Assembly: GCA_001818315.1 (NCBI GenBank) | Contig: MHKF01000006.1 | Location: 17,148-81,147 of the forward strand | Source of the DNA: Candidatus Kerfeldbacteria bacterium RIFCSPLOWO2_02_FULL_42_19 | Lineage (GTDB): Bacteria > Patescibacteriota > Patescibacteriia > HO2-48-17 | Reading direction: 5' to 3' | DNA: 64,000 bases | Shown: positions 38,001-48,700 of the stretch, piece by piece | Numbering within the stretch: the first letter of the stretch is position 1 | How the letters are laid out: every line of letters starts with the position of its first letter | The notes under the pieces: generated by a model | The model's input: the letters and a program-made list of their open reading frames with translations, nothing else | What the model was told of the DNA's origin: nothing | The model's database searches: none | Position numbers and translations under genes: made by a program

Positions 38001-41000
38001 GCCACAGCAGCATATTCGGAATATGCGAGTATCAACACAATACATCTCAATGGGCAGCGTTTGAGTTGCGAACCAAAAGATCTTGGTTGCGAGGCATATA
38101 CGGATGTCAAAGACAAAAGCGTTATTCCGGCAGTGATCACGAATCCAGTTTCAGAACTTTGTACCCAAGGGGTTAATAAAGATTACTCCAAAGCAAGTTG
38201 TAATCAGTGTGATCAAGGGCAAGTCGGGTGCGATTTCTATGAGGAAGTGCCGCTTAAGAATCAACCGCCAGATCCACTCGCGCCCGAAAGAACTGGTTTT
38301 TACTGTTCCAATTATCCAAATAGTGAAGCGCGAAGTTGCACCCCAGCATATTGCGACAATAATCCAAGTATTCTCTGTGATCCAACCGCTGATATTAATA
38401 CCCTTCGTGTCGTATGTGGACATAGTAATCCGACATGTGTGAACTCCGCGCCAGCGCAGTGCGGCGATCCAAGTGCAACATGTTTGCCACAAGTTTCGAT
38501 CATCCCGAAAACCGGTAAAAAATGTCGCGCTCAATACGTAGGCTGTGAAGAATACACGAATCTCGACATCGTAGGACAAGGCGGTGAAGGTTTGGAATAC
38601 TATAATCGTATCAAACAATGCGTTAAACCTGTTGATGGCGATCCGACGCAAGGCACGTACTACACTTGGGTCGGTTCAGAGACCGCTGGATATCAACTCA
38701 AAGCATTCAAACTCAAAAAGAGTAATATTACAGATCATAGCTTTTGCCCGGGTAATCAACAGATTTGTGATGTGAATGACATGATTAATGAAACAGGGAC
38801 AGCGCCTTGTACGCAACTTGATGTTGGTGATACTGCGAATCCAAACGCTGATTGCCAAGATACGATACAAGGTGATCCCGCAACATGTATAGAAGCAGAT
38901 CTTGAGACGAATCCAGACTGCGGACAATTCTACGATAGCGGTGGAAATATTTTCTACCGTTTGCGTTCGCGAGTGATTAGCGTTTCTGAAGAATGCAATC
39001 CCTTGCGCAGCACGATTGATAACAACGTTTACTACGCGATTCGATCACAGAGTAAAGTATGTCCCGCGCAAATGAACGGCTGCCGAGAATATAAAGGCAG
39101 CGCAGGGAACAACGTGCGCATACTCCTCCAAGAGAATTTCGAAAATACTACTTTTGAGGGAGCAGGGCTGAGCAATGAAGGCGCGATCGCCGGTTTCGGC
39201 GACCAGTCGATGGAGATTCGCATGGAAAATAACACAGATCCCAATGAAGGCTTTACTGATATACCGCAAACGCTCCTTACCAAAGGCAACGCCTACATCG
39301 TTTCGTTCTGGGCACGCAGCGGCACAAGTTCTGAAACAAATACACTCACAGTCAGCGCGATCTTCCGCAAGAAAGATGGCAGTGGCGTTCTCGAATTCGG
39401 CGAAACAACCCTCGAGCCGACGAATGACTGGAATTTGTACCGACTCGGTCCACTTGTTTTTGATCGCGAAGTTACCGATCAAGAAGTCTTTGCAATTCGC
39501 CTTAATCCACAAGACGCCAGTTACCCAAAGAGTCTTCAAATCGATAACCTCAAAATCACCGACAGCACGAGTCAATACCTGATTAAAGGCAGCGCGGCTA
39601 TTTGTCCAAAATTTGAAGGCTGTCGGGAATACTCAGATAGACAAGGCCGCACGAATTATCTCAAGTCGTTCACGCGGCTGTGTGAGCAGCGTTTCCTCGG
39701 CTGCGAAATTGCACTTGATACGCAGAATTCAAATCTCCCATTTGCTCAAAGTTTTAACTTAAACAACCCTGAAAAAGATCCGCAAGGTAAAGATGACGTT
39801 ATTGTTCCAGCGGATCAAGCGACACTTGTCGTAAATAATCCGAATAACTTTTGTTTTGCGACGGCTGAAGGTTGTAGCGCGCTCGGCTCCCCGAACGAAA
39901 ATAAGCAAGAAAACAAAATCGACGGATTTAGTACGACATATCGGATTAAAGATCCGGATAATTACGGTACGACATTGTGTCAGGATCATCAGATCATGTG
40001 TCGCGAATACCAATACGGAGAGACTCAATATTATTTCAAAGACCCCGGCAATAAGGCCTGTGAATATAGAATCGTGGGGCAGGATTTTAGTCCATCCGCA
40101 CCGAGTAACGATATATACGGCTGGGCAAAATTTGGTAAAGACGAAGGCTGTCCATTATTCAATCCATATGATTTTCCATCACGACCAAGCGGTTCCGTGT
40201 GTGCCGCGGGCGATCGTGTAGGTCAGCCGTGTCAACGAGACAGCGAATGTCCGGTAAGTTTCTGCACGAGCGATATTGCAGATGATCCAACAACACCAAA
40301 TACTGACGAAAGTCGCGGTTGGGTAGGTGCGTGTCCCGAAAGCGCTGATTCGTGCACATTGTATCTGGATACCTACGGCACGAATCCACGTGACGAAGAA
40401 ATTTTGAATTCAAGTTTCGAAACCGATGTACGTAATAACGCAACAGGAGAATACACTCCCGACAATATTCCTGATGATTGGCATCTCACCGCCTGCAGTG
40501 ACGGAACTTGCACGATCGCACGTGAAACCGGTCAGATTCGTAGCGGCGAAGCAAGTCTCAAAATCGAAGGAGGAGTAGGCAATCCAACCTTTACCATCGC
40601 AAGTGAACCCATGCGTGTGGATTCCAACGATATTTATACCCTGCGTGGCTATGTCCGGAAAAATTTCAATGGCATATTTGATCTTGGTCTCGCTTTCTTC
40701 GATCGTGATGGCAATCTCATAAGCGAAAATCCATTTATTGCTGCAAAACAAGAAGCGCTTACCGATCTGTCAGAAAAATGGGTTGCCTTTCAAGGAACGA
40801 TTGGTCCAACACAAAAAGGACCCGAACTCGCATTGGTGGAGTTCCCGCAAGATACTTTGGAAGTCAAGATTCTCATTGGTGGTACGACCGGTAGTGGCGG
40901 CATTTTTGTCGATGATGTTTCGTTCGATCACAACGACGAATATTATTATCTCGAAAACAGCGTCGACACCAAAAGCTGTCGAGGAAACGCAAATCGGGAT

Positions 41001-44000
41001 GATGGATGTGTAGTTTTGAATAACGTCACACAAAGTACACAAAATTATCGGGCTGATGATCCACGCACGCCGTTCGATGAATCAAAGTCTATCACGAGAA
41101 CCGAAGGCTACGACCCCGCGATTGCGAGTTGCGAACTCAATAGCATCGATGAAAGTAACACATGCCGCTGGAAACCAAACGCAGGAGTCGGAAATCAGGT
41201 GATTAAGGTGCGTCCAGATCGCGATTGCAAAGAATGGCTCGCCTGTTCGAGCGCCTACGCCGTAGAAAATCCGGACACTCGAGCGAAAGATTACTACTGC
41301 TTCGATGTTGGTCGCTGTCGTAATCTCTCAGAGGACGGTGTGTGCAATGACTGGGTTTACAAACCCGACCGCTACGAACTGACTGAAGAAAATATGACCG
41401 AAGTCAATTCGGCGCCGGGAGACACCGAAGAGCTTGAAAAAATACAGAATCTTACTGGGTACGTAAAAGCAGGTCTCAAAGCAGTCGTACCAAATCCACA
41501 AGGTGGGAGTTCACCAGCTCGTATCAAAGGATATTATACTTTCGACGCGATGCCGCAGGTAGGAATCTCTGGTAGGAATTCTTCACGTGACATTGTGTAC
41601 AGTGGAAGATTCGAAAACACATTCTGCGCTCAAGGGAGTATCGGCGCGTCTTGCACACTCGATCAACACTGTCGTAGAGTCGATCCGGCAACAGGGCAAC
41701 TTACAGATACAGAACCTGGAGCTTGCGTCAATCCACCCCGCGGTTGGTCAAAAACTGGCGGAGAAGGCAACAGCATTCAGGTGATTGATTTTGATGAGAC
41801 GATCGCACTGCCGTATGAAACCGCCCCAGAAACGATTCAAGTAGATTTACCTAATGTCTTGAAGGTCGTACCAAGTGGGGAACAAAGTAACGGTGCACAG
41901 TTGATGTTGCAGGATGATCTCATTCAACCCAATGGAGAGTATGTTCTTTCTTTTGACGGGCGCTATTTTACCGCGCCGACAGATGACGACACGTTGCGCA
42001 TTGGATTTTCCTATAACACAACCTGCAATGAAACAAGTTGCACGCGGGATAAAGTAGACATGTTCTCCGACGTGTGTCGTGGCGGAGTTCGTGACGGCCT
42101 TTTCTGCGACATCAACGCAGGTCAAAAACGATGCGCGGGTGGAGATAATAACGGCGATGAATGTAGCGCCGAAATAGATTGTCCAAACGGAACCTGCACC
42201 GCAAAAGTATGCATCAATGCAGGAGGAAACACGGGCCAGTCCTGTCTGGATGTGGACATTTGCCGTGTAGGACTCCCAATAGAGGAAGTAGGATTAGCGC
42301 GCTGCGGTGTGCCCTCCAACTGTCCTGATGGCGAATGTGTCCAAGATGCATTCAAAATGACTGGACAGATGCAACGCTATACTCTTGGCCCCGTCATGGT
42401 AAGTAATAAACCAACGGTGAAAGAACTTCGGTGTTCGAATGACATCAATAGTAGTTGCGTCAACGATGATGACTGTTCGGAAGATGGCATTTGTATCGAG
42501 CTTTCCACAACATTACTCTTCTTTGAACAAAGAGCAGCGAGTGCAAACACACCTTTCTTAATAGATAATGTTTCCTTGAAACCAGTACTGGAAGTGAGTA
42601 AAATTGTTGGTCTCGTTTCGCGCAACTGCCGAAGTTATCCGCGAGAAAATGCTCTCGGTTGCGATTACTTAGACATTAACCGTATTACCTATCGCGGATG
42701 GTATGGTTATTGTCTGGAATATGACCCATTGAATAAAAATCAGTGTTTGGTCTGGTGGCCAGTAGATGTAATCGGTGGAGAATCATCGCTCGCACCGCGT
42801 GTTCGAGCGGGTTACAGCGAACGCACACCTCTGTACATGTGTGTGGCCTCCAGCGGAACGCGTATTCGGGACACAAAGTATTGTGTGAATCATGACAATC
42901 CTGAATATGCCGGCAAAGTCTGTGAGTTGGATAATCAGTGCGGCGGGGGTCGATGTATTACTATGCAGGATACTGGCGAATACTCTCTCTTCCCAAAAGA
43001 TTATACATTCAAAGCAGCATATGATAATAATGGAAAACTTTTTTGCGGTAATACACACTCGCAGGTTTTTGCGTGTACAAGCAGTGTATTAACAGAACAA
43101 CAAGCGATTTTGGAAGATATTGTAGATCGAAAAGTCTGTGTCACACAAACCGAATGTACAACGGACTCTGAATGCGCTGTACAGGTACCGGAAACAGGAC
43201 ACATAACCTATACAAAATGCCTCGATGGCTTTTGTGTTGATACGCGGACATGCGAAAATGATGGTGATTGTCCGAATTCGAGTACCTGCGAACCCTGGTA
43301 TGATGATACGGTACCTGAAGATGAAATTATCATCCCCGGATATTGCGCCGGAAATATGTTTCGGCCGTGTAATATTCGTAATGAAATGAGCGGCGATGCC
43401 ACTAATTCGGATTGTTTTCTATCGGTCGGTGAATTCGGTGAAGAATGTATTCCAGATTTTGATATACCAGAGACCAGAGTGGAAGGAAAAGTGCGAGTAG
43501 CCATTCCTGAATGCGATGAAGATAACCTTCCGGGCGACGACGTGACTATAGTTGATTGGGGTCCATGTATTCCGTCGATTTGTGACTATATGGGTGGCGT
43601 ATGTGCTTCAGAACCAGAGAGTAGTGCAGGACTCCCAACGTATGGTGCTGTGTGTTTTAACGATCCAAGTTTGAGTTGCGGCGACGGTGTCAATTGTCCT
43701 GCAGACGCAGGAAGCTGTGTGTTCTCAACAACCACACGTTGGCAATGTGTTGGTGGAGCGAACGAGGGACTACCATGTACGCAGCACGGTGACTGTGACA
43801 GTAACCTCTGCTCAATGTGGCTACCACGTTTCGATGGCGTAACTGGCAGACTCTATAATTTCGCTGCTCAACTCGAACAGATCCCAGGCTATGCTGATAT
43901 TCAACACGTTATATTTGACACATTTGTTGCTGGTCAGGTTCAACCGAAAGATACTATTATTATTCCTGTAGGATACGTCACAGACCCTGGTTGTAATCAA

Positions 44001-45779
44001 GATAATACCGAATGTGGATATGGCGGTTCAGGTCCTGGTCTTGGAGGCGATAACTATGATATACGCGCGGTCAAGGCAAATGGCGGTATGGTATCTTATG
44101 GATTGAACCCCACTGATAATCCTTTTAACGATATTCCAACAGGTATCCTCTATCAACCGAAAGAAGGTGAAAGCATTGATCAACTTCCACAAGGAGGCGC
44201 CTATGGGAGTGCGAATCCACAGAGAGATCCCCCGGATTTCCTCGTGTGGTCGCAGTCTACTCAGGGTTCAAATAGATGGAGATCTAACGGCCGAGTTGTA
44301 GGTCTCTGGCTTGATAGCGAAAACGGAAAAATAAAAAATGCTTGGGCACTCATCTGGAATGACGGATCTATCAATGAAATTCGCTTCAAATTTGTTCTGC
44401 GTGAATCGTGTCAGTATTTCGCGAAAGTTGTGGATTTCGATGGAAAAAATGTAGCATGGGTGCAACGCTCGAAACGTGGGAGTGCGTATCATGTACCTGA
44501 AGTACTCTTTAATTTTTATCATGATTTCAATCCTTTCGGTGGAATGACTCCGGCCACTGGCGATGATCCACAAACGTGGGATAGTCGAATTCTGACAGAA
44601 ACAAGTCCTGGCGAAGTAGGGAAACAGCCCCCATTTGTAGAGCTTCCGGATGATTATCGTGATCCAGAGCAAGGCATTGATGATGCAGTAGGTGATCCTC
44701 CAGTTTGGCAATTCCGCGCCGGAAGGCCGTATGCGTGTGTAGGGAATTGCGGTGTAGGAAAGTGTGATAATTGGGTCACAGATATATCTTGTACAACGGA
44801 TGCGCGATGTTATCTTGAAGGATCTCACGGACGATGCATTGGGGCCATTGGTATTTGTGTGAATGCCCAGAATCAAGCGGCAGAAAAACCAACATATTGT
44901 AATAACGATCAGAATTGTCGAGACGCAAATCTGCTCTTCCCGATTTGTAAAACGGACTTCCGAAAAAATGGTTATTATTACATCAATAGTAGGGATCGTT
45001 CCGCACAAGAACTGGCGGTTGCAAAAAATGCTGTAGTTGACAGACTGCGATATGTATTTGCGGATATTTTGGAAGTGCTGCGGTATACACAACCCGGAAC
45101 TGGTGTTGATAATTTAGGAGGTTTCGTCACTCTCCCTCCGGAGACACTTTTTACACAAGCTGATGGGTTCACATATTATAAACTGATGCCTATCTGTTCA
45201 GCACCGCGCGGTAATACTGATTACTGTGGCTTGAGACCCGAAGTGAGTCAGATCAAAATGAATGAACTGCCAGAACAGGACAACATGGAAATCGATCTGG
45301 GAAGGGGTGGAGAGGTATCATTAAGTTTTGCTGCTCGTGTTGATTTGGAACAGTATCCATTGAAACATATTGTCATTGACTGGGATGATGGAGCCGATCC
45401 ATTTGTGGATATTTGGGAAGCAGCGCCACTCACGAAACACACATATATTCATGCATATAAGTGTAAAGGACCAGAGGATCCAAATTATAACGCCTATACC
45501 GGCGGCAATCCCGATAGTCGTTGTCATTTTAATCCTAAAATTCGTATCGTCGATAACTGGGATTGGTGTAGTGGAAACGAAATTGCGAATATCGGGCCGG
45601 GGGCAGACATCGCAACAGATCTCACGAATTGCAGTGATCTCGCGCAAGATTGTCGTAATCTTCAGAACGCTGTGGATGACGGAAGTGGCAATAACGGTGA
45701 TAACGGCGAGTGGACCTGTAACACCTGGGATGTGATTGGATCACCTGGCACCCTTGGATTGATTCACGTGAATCCGTAA
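35028..45779 (+). CDS. Giant (3583 aa) cysteine-rich exported or surface protein
   Basis: Uninterrupted 10.7-kb ORF with a signal-like N-terminus ending VFA, repeated C-x-GG-x3-G-x2-C-x5-C-x4-C modules, CBM-like units and a PKD-like C-terminus. Confidence 0.85.
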   Translation: MQVNDARKNKKYTRAHLGWKKMLFMSVFTLGVLLQSFMIARPVFAQGFIGDPFFDPHGFTPAEEINYTAVEPPGGGLPVAVTVDTPGFFRRIMDKIATIAKTIYEKAGRAAVKGMIRVVLTKVAYETAVWIASGDNKQKPLLFTSQWDEYLEDAGDAALGEAFQTLAMKNGYLRFNVCDPFDNRVNLAIQLGLDFATGRPQKPQCTFKEMRERWSEVRDDPAAQKKFLSNFKVSWDIEQNDIGQFLSLQTTFLATQAQKEKSAQLQRQASDPFKDVTGKISQFIETPAQVVAGVQKDAFEKSSNEFLVLVGDPAADALGVFTSTLMSKLLARIKGGVYSFGDLVREDYRNEQGGFVDATAFAPAGGGSGLFNPSGASAPGVAAAEAHYASIADISFSSGDEFQVLADLVACPSEGAQAINCTIDEKFRIAINDRLTVREALDQKLLDGKKPFGFGTQGQPIPNVRDGYSYRSVIVLQRYLIVPVGWKIAAEYIRDFNPGNFTLTDLVSAYDKCGPDNYSPFCGLVDPDWVLKAPANYCRKQGFGNPVAKGEYVDQDGNPATPRKPFIVRQEICVDDQSCIQENPDGTCRAYGYCTEQKRIWRFVGERCEPAYNTCRTLTDTATGQRASLLLNTVNFNDCSRDVAGCQWLCQVFNPLDNDWQCAGNGVVYPTCDAAHDPDGDGNCDGTTGGATCATNPCAIESGRFRCQNTDDEICYLNPESDNPREFNDASISLDRDAPNCDSKNAGCEKFISTRNGTNLINNPSFEYFADNPLDPQPLTFSSEGAGDVLNDNDADVFGFCDGRGGDTHACDDDSDCAGECVGWQSFGAPIVLGVSDPVARGQVAVKFVGTNDAEADTLMYEYESNTELANRSFDLSFRYRKTGGGGACTVKLKYNTDQDSDIATKTLAVNESWTEEKWSTDQLITLPNTRQCYGGNDGSPCTRNSECGGGVCRSDTSLEIRIGVEPAGCELLIDEVKLEEIKPLNFESATATAAYSEYASINTIHLNGQRLSCEPKDLGCEAYTDVKDKSVIPAVITNPVSELCTQGVNKDYSKASCNQCDQGQVGCDFYEEVPLKNQPPDPLAPERTGFYCSNYPNSEARSCTPAYCDNNPSILCDPTADINTLRVVCGHSNPTCVNSAPAQCGDPSATCLPQVSIIPKTGKKCRAQYVGCEEYTNLDIVGQGGEGLEYYNRIKQCVKPVDGDPTQGTYYTWVGSETAGYQLKAFKLKKSNITDHSFCPGNQQICDVNDMINETGTAPCTQLDVGDTANPNADCQDTIQGDPATCIEADLETNPDCGQFYDSGGNIFYRLRSRVISVSEECNPLRSTIDNNVYYAIRSQSKVCPAQMNGCREYKGSAGNNVRILLQENFENTTFEGAGLSNEGAIAGFGDQSMEIRMENNTDPNEGFTDIPQTLLTKGNAYIVSFWARSGTSSETNTLTVSAIFRKKDGSGVLEFGETTLEPTNDWNLYRLGPLVFDREVTDQEVFAIRLNPQDASYPKSLQIDNLKITDSTSQYLIKGSAAICPKFEGCREYSDRQGRTNYLKSFTRLCEQRFLGCEIALDTQNSNLPFAQSFNLNNPEKDPQGKDDVIVPADQATLVVNNPNNFCFATAEGCSALGSPNENKQENKIDGFSTTYRIKDPDNYGTTLCQDHQIMCREYQYGETQYYFKDPGNKACEYRIVGQDFSPSAPSNDIYGWAKFGKDEGCPLFNPYDFPSRPSGSVCAAGDRVGQPCQRDSECPVSFCTSDIADDPTTPNTDESRGWVGACPESADSCTLYLDTYGTNPRDEEILNSSFETDVRNNATGEYTPDNIPDDWHLTACSDGTCTIARETGQIRSGEASLKIEGGVGNPTFTIASEPMRVDSNDIYTLRGYVRKNFNGIFDLGLAFFDRDGNLISENPFIAAKQEALTDLSEKWVAFQGTIGPTQKGPELALVEFPQDTLEVKILIGGTTGSGGIFVDDVSFDHNDEYYYLENSVDTKSCRGNANRDDGCVVLNNVTQSTQNYRADDPRTPFDESKSITRTEGYDPAIASCELNSIDESNTCRWKPNAGVGNQVIKVRPDRDCKEWLACSSAYAVENPDTRAKDYYCFDVGRCRNLSEDGVCNDWVYKPDRYELTEENMTEVNSAPGDTEELEKIQNLTGYVKAGLKAVVPNPQGGSSPARIKGYYTFDAMPQVGISGRNSSRDIVYSGRFENTFCAQGSIGASCTLDQHCRRVDPATGQLTDTEPGACVNPPRGWSKTGGEGNSIQVIDFDETIALPYETAPETIQVDLPNVLKVVPSGEQSNGAQLMLQDDLIQPNGEYVLSFDGRYFTAPTDDDTLRIGFSYNTTCNETSCTRDKVDMFSDVCRGGVRDGLFCDINAGQKRCAGGDNNGDECSAEIDCPNGTCTAKVCINAGGNTGQSCLDVDICRVGLPIEEVGLARCGVPSNCPDGECVQDAFKMTGQMQRYTLGPVMVSNKPTVKELRCSNDINSSCVNDDDCSEDGICIELSTTLLFFEQRAASANTPFLIDNVSLKPVLEVSKIVGLVSRNCRSYPRENALGCDYLDINRITYRGWYGYCLEYDPLNKNQCLVWWPVDVIGGESSLAPRVRAGYSERTPLYMCVASSGTRIRDTKYCVNHDNPEYAGKVCELDNQCGGGRCITMQDTGEYSLFPKDYTFKAAYDNNGKLFCGNTHSQVFACTSSVLTEQQAILEDIVDRKVCVTQTECTTDSECAVQVPETGHITYTKCLDGFCVDTRTCENDGDCPNSSTCEPWYDDTVPEDEIIIPGYCAGNMFRPCNIRNEMSGDATNSDCFLSVGEFGEECIPDFDIPETRVEGKVRVAIPECDEDNLPGDDVTIVDWGPCIPSICDYMGGVCASEPESSAGLPTYGAVCFNDPSLSCGDGVNCPADAGSCVFSTTTRWQCVGGANEGLPCTQHGDCDSNLCSMWLPRFDGVTGRLYNFAAQLEQIPGYADIQHVIFDTFVAGQVQPKDTIIIPVGYVTDPGCNQDNTECGYGGSGPGLGGDNYDIRAVKANGGMVSYGLNPTDNPFNDIPTGILYQPKEGESIDQLPQGGAYGSANPQRDPPDFLVWSQSTQGSNRWRSNGRVVGLWLDSENGKIKNAWALIWNDGSINEIRFKFVLRESCQYFAKVVDFDGKNVAWVQRSKRGSAYHVPEVLFNFYHDFNPFGGMTPATGDDPQTWDSRILTETSPGEVGKQPPFVELPDDYRDPEQGIDDAVGDPPVWQFRAGRPYACVGNCGVGKCDNWVTDISCTTDARCYLEGSHGRCIGAIGICVNAQNQAAEKPTYCNNDQNCRDANLLFPICKTDFRKNGYYYINSRDRSAQELAVAKNAVVDRLRYVFADILEVLRYTQPGTGVDNLGGFVTLPPETLFTQADGFTYYKLMPICSAPRGNTDYCGLRPEVSQIKMNELPEQDNMEIDLGRGGEVSLSFAARVDLEQYPLKHIVIDWDDGADPFVDIWEAAPLTKHTYIHAYKCKGPEDPNYNAYTGGNPDSRCHFNPKIRIVDNWDWCSGNEIANIGPGADIATDLTNCSDLAQDCRNLQNAVDDGSGNNGDNGEWTCNTWDVIGSPGTLGLIHVNP

Positions 45780-45791
45780 TCCGAAACATAT

Positions 45792-48700
45792 ATGGACGAA
45801 GTCAAGAAAACATTTAAAAAGAGAAGTTACAAAAGCCGTCTGAGGCGTTGGATACCGCGCATCACAGCGGCGTGGATGGTGTTGATTATCCTCGCAGCGT
45901 TTGGACAATTTTTTGGGGATCACATTATTCCAGCAGTATTAGCGCAAGATAAGCAAGAACCAGATTGGTTAGCACTTCAAATCGCGAAGATTCTGTTTTA
46001 TGTATTTGTTATTCCATTAGGGACGCTCACGACACTTTTGCTAAGGGTATTAATTTATGTTTCAACGATTGGCACTGGAGAATTTACAAAGACTTCGGGC
46101 GTTGTAGTCGGTTGGGCGCTAGTGCGCGATATCAGCAATATGTTTTTTATTATTATTCTTTTGGTGATTGCTTTCGCGACGGTATTGCGCATCAAAACCT
46201 ATAATTATCAAGCGCTCTTGCCGCGGCTTGTGATCATGGCAGTGCTCATCAACTTTAGTAAAACCATCGCTGGAATCTTCATCGATTTTTCTCAGGTGAT
46301 CATGTTGACGTTTATTAACGCCATGAGAGACGCAGCAGAGGTTGGACTCGCTGGAGTACTGGGACTTGGAGACCTGTTGAATCTTGATCAGTCGGTCTTA
46401 CAGGATCCAAATACCCTAAAGGGTATTACCAATACTCAGGTGATTGTGACCCTTATTGCAGCAATTCTTATGCTAGGAATCGCAGCTGTTACTATTCTGA
46501 TTTTTATTGTTACGCTGGTGTTTCGAGTTGCTATGTTGTGGTTTTTGGTAGTACTTTCGCCACTCGCGTTTCTTTCCTGGACATTTCCTAATGCTCGAAA
46601 GTATTCAGCGCAGTGGTGGGGTGAATTTGGCACTTGGACAACCATTGGTCCCATTACTGCGTTTTTCTTGTGGCTCTCGCTCCTCATTGTAGAAGCATCA
46701 AGGCAAGTATTTGTGGATCCCAATAATCAGGAGAGTCTCTCACTTTCCATACCATTAGTTGATCCAAAAACAGTAACAACAGAGAGCGAATTGAATGTCG
46801 GATTGAGTCGCGCAACGAGTAGCGCAGGGGTTTCAAATTTTATCCTTGCAATTTCACTCCTCCTTGCAAGTCAGAAGTTTATTTCACAAATGAGTACACA
46901 AGCAGGGAGCGTGCTCAGTCGCTTTACCGGAAAAGGTGCGGCCTTCTTAGCAGGCGCCATGATTGGCGCATACAAATGGGGCGGACGCACCGTGGGTGGA
47001 GCAGCATACGGACTTGGTCGCGCTGGAGTACAAGGAATAGATTATGCGGCTGGCGGTATTGGTGGGAGAAATAGATTTCGGCCATTTTTAAGCGATAGAA
47101 TTATTCATGGTGTTTCAGAAGGTCTTTCCGGGGTTCCTCTGATTGGAGGGTCGGTCAGAGAATGGCATGCGAATCGAACGCACCGTCTCCGCGAGGAAGC
47201 AAAGAAAGCCGGTGAATACACAAAATACACCACTTATGCTGAAGCAGAGGATTTGATCGGTTCAATACCATTTACGCGTCCAAGACAAGCAGCGCACCGA
47301 GCGCTCAGTAATAGAATGTTTCACATGATTCCCGGTTTGGATACTGCATTAGGACATTTTGAAAATATGGATACCGACGATATGAAACAGGCAATGCCTC
47401 ATGCATACGCCGCTTTTCGCAATCGAGTTTTTACAACTGGGAGTAACGCACAAATCCAGCGATATCTCCAAGCACTTACTAACGACGCATCTTTTTTTAC
47501 GCATCAAGCAGGAGCTGATCGAGCAAAGGCTGCGGGTTGGAATGCAGCAGCAGCGAGATTCGGGGAAAGAGAAGGCCTTTTGCCCCAACTTGGTGGTGTG
47601 GGTGGAGTACCAGCACCAGCGAATGCTGCGAGATCGGTAATAGGTAATGCTAACTTACCTGTTGGTGATCCTAGCAGACTCGTGGTAGATGAGACTCAGT
47701 TTGGACAGTATGATGCCCAGCTTAGTTTTAATCCGGCACATCCTGAAGCTGGACGCTATCACATGGAAAGGCCTTTTGATCGAGAAAAATATTTGCGAAC
47801 TCTGCGAATGTCACAACAGCAAGGCGACGCGTTGTTTCAATCGCCGGAATTTAATGCGGAGATGTATTATCCGCAGGCTCAGTTTGGAGCTATGCAGAAT
47901 CAGCGAAAAGCTCTGGGACTTGATACGCGTGATCAGCAACTTGCACTTCAGCAGGTTCGCGTTGAGCAACAACTCAACCGCATTGGCGGCGCTGATTCGC
48001 TCATCCGTAAAGGCGAGCGTGGGGACACAATGCACAGCGCAACACTTGCCGTCGATTTTAGCGATGTGCGGAGTCCCGAACTTGCACATATACAGGGCAA
48101 GCTTGGCGCAAATCTTTCGGGGACTGATAAACAAGCGTTTATTCATGAGGTCGCCGGCGCTATGGAAAATGTAGCGACGAACAAAGAAGCAGCTCAAAAA
48201 CAATGGAGCGAGACCGCTGAACCTGAAAAAGAAAAAATTCTACGAACCGCACTGAGTGCGCCTGGAAAATCTAACGCACAAGTACAACAGGAACTTGAAA
48301 GTCTCACTGAAAATCAGGAGATCGAACTTTTTCAAAAATCTCAGAAAGATCGCGCTGCGAAATTCCGTACGCATGCCGGTAGTCTGGATACATTGAGTGT
48401 TATTAACAAGGGTAGAGAGATCGGAGACGCACGCATGATCCTGACACACGAAAAAGCGCATGATGAAATGCACGCGCTTTCAACTGAAGAAAAAGACGAA
48501 GTATGGAGTGCAATTCCACAAGAAGCACAGAAACATCTTACAGAGCAGGTGCAACAAAATTGGGCAGGTCTCAAGGTCGATCCTGCTGATACGCCCGAAG
48601 TCGTGCAACAAAAACAAGCAGATATAAAAGAAGAAGCACTCTCGGAAATTATGGCTTATAGTCGTTTGAAAGGAATCGGAAAGAAAGTGCCGGGTGGAGC

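Noticed and set aside
44268-45092. 274-aa antisense ORF and other shadow ORFs within the giant gene and housekeeping genes
   Set aside because: They are fully nested opposite or out of frame to well-supported genes and have no recognisable motifs.
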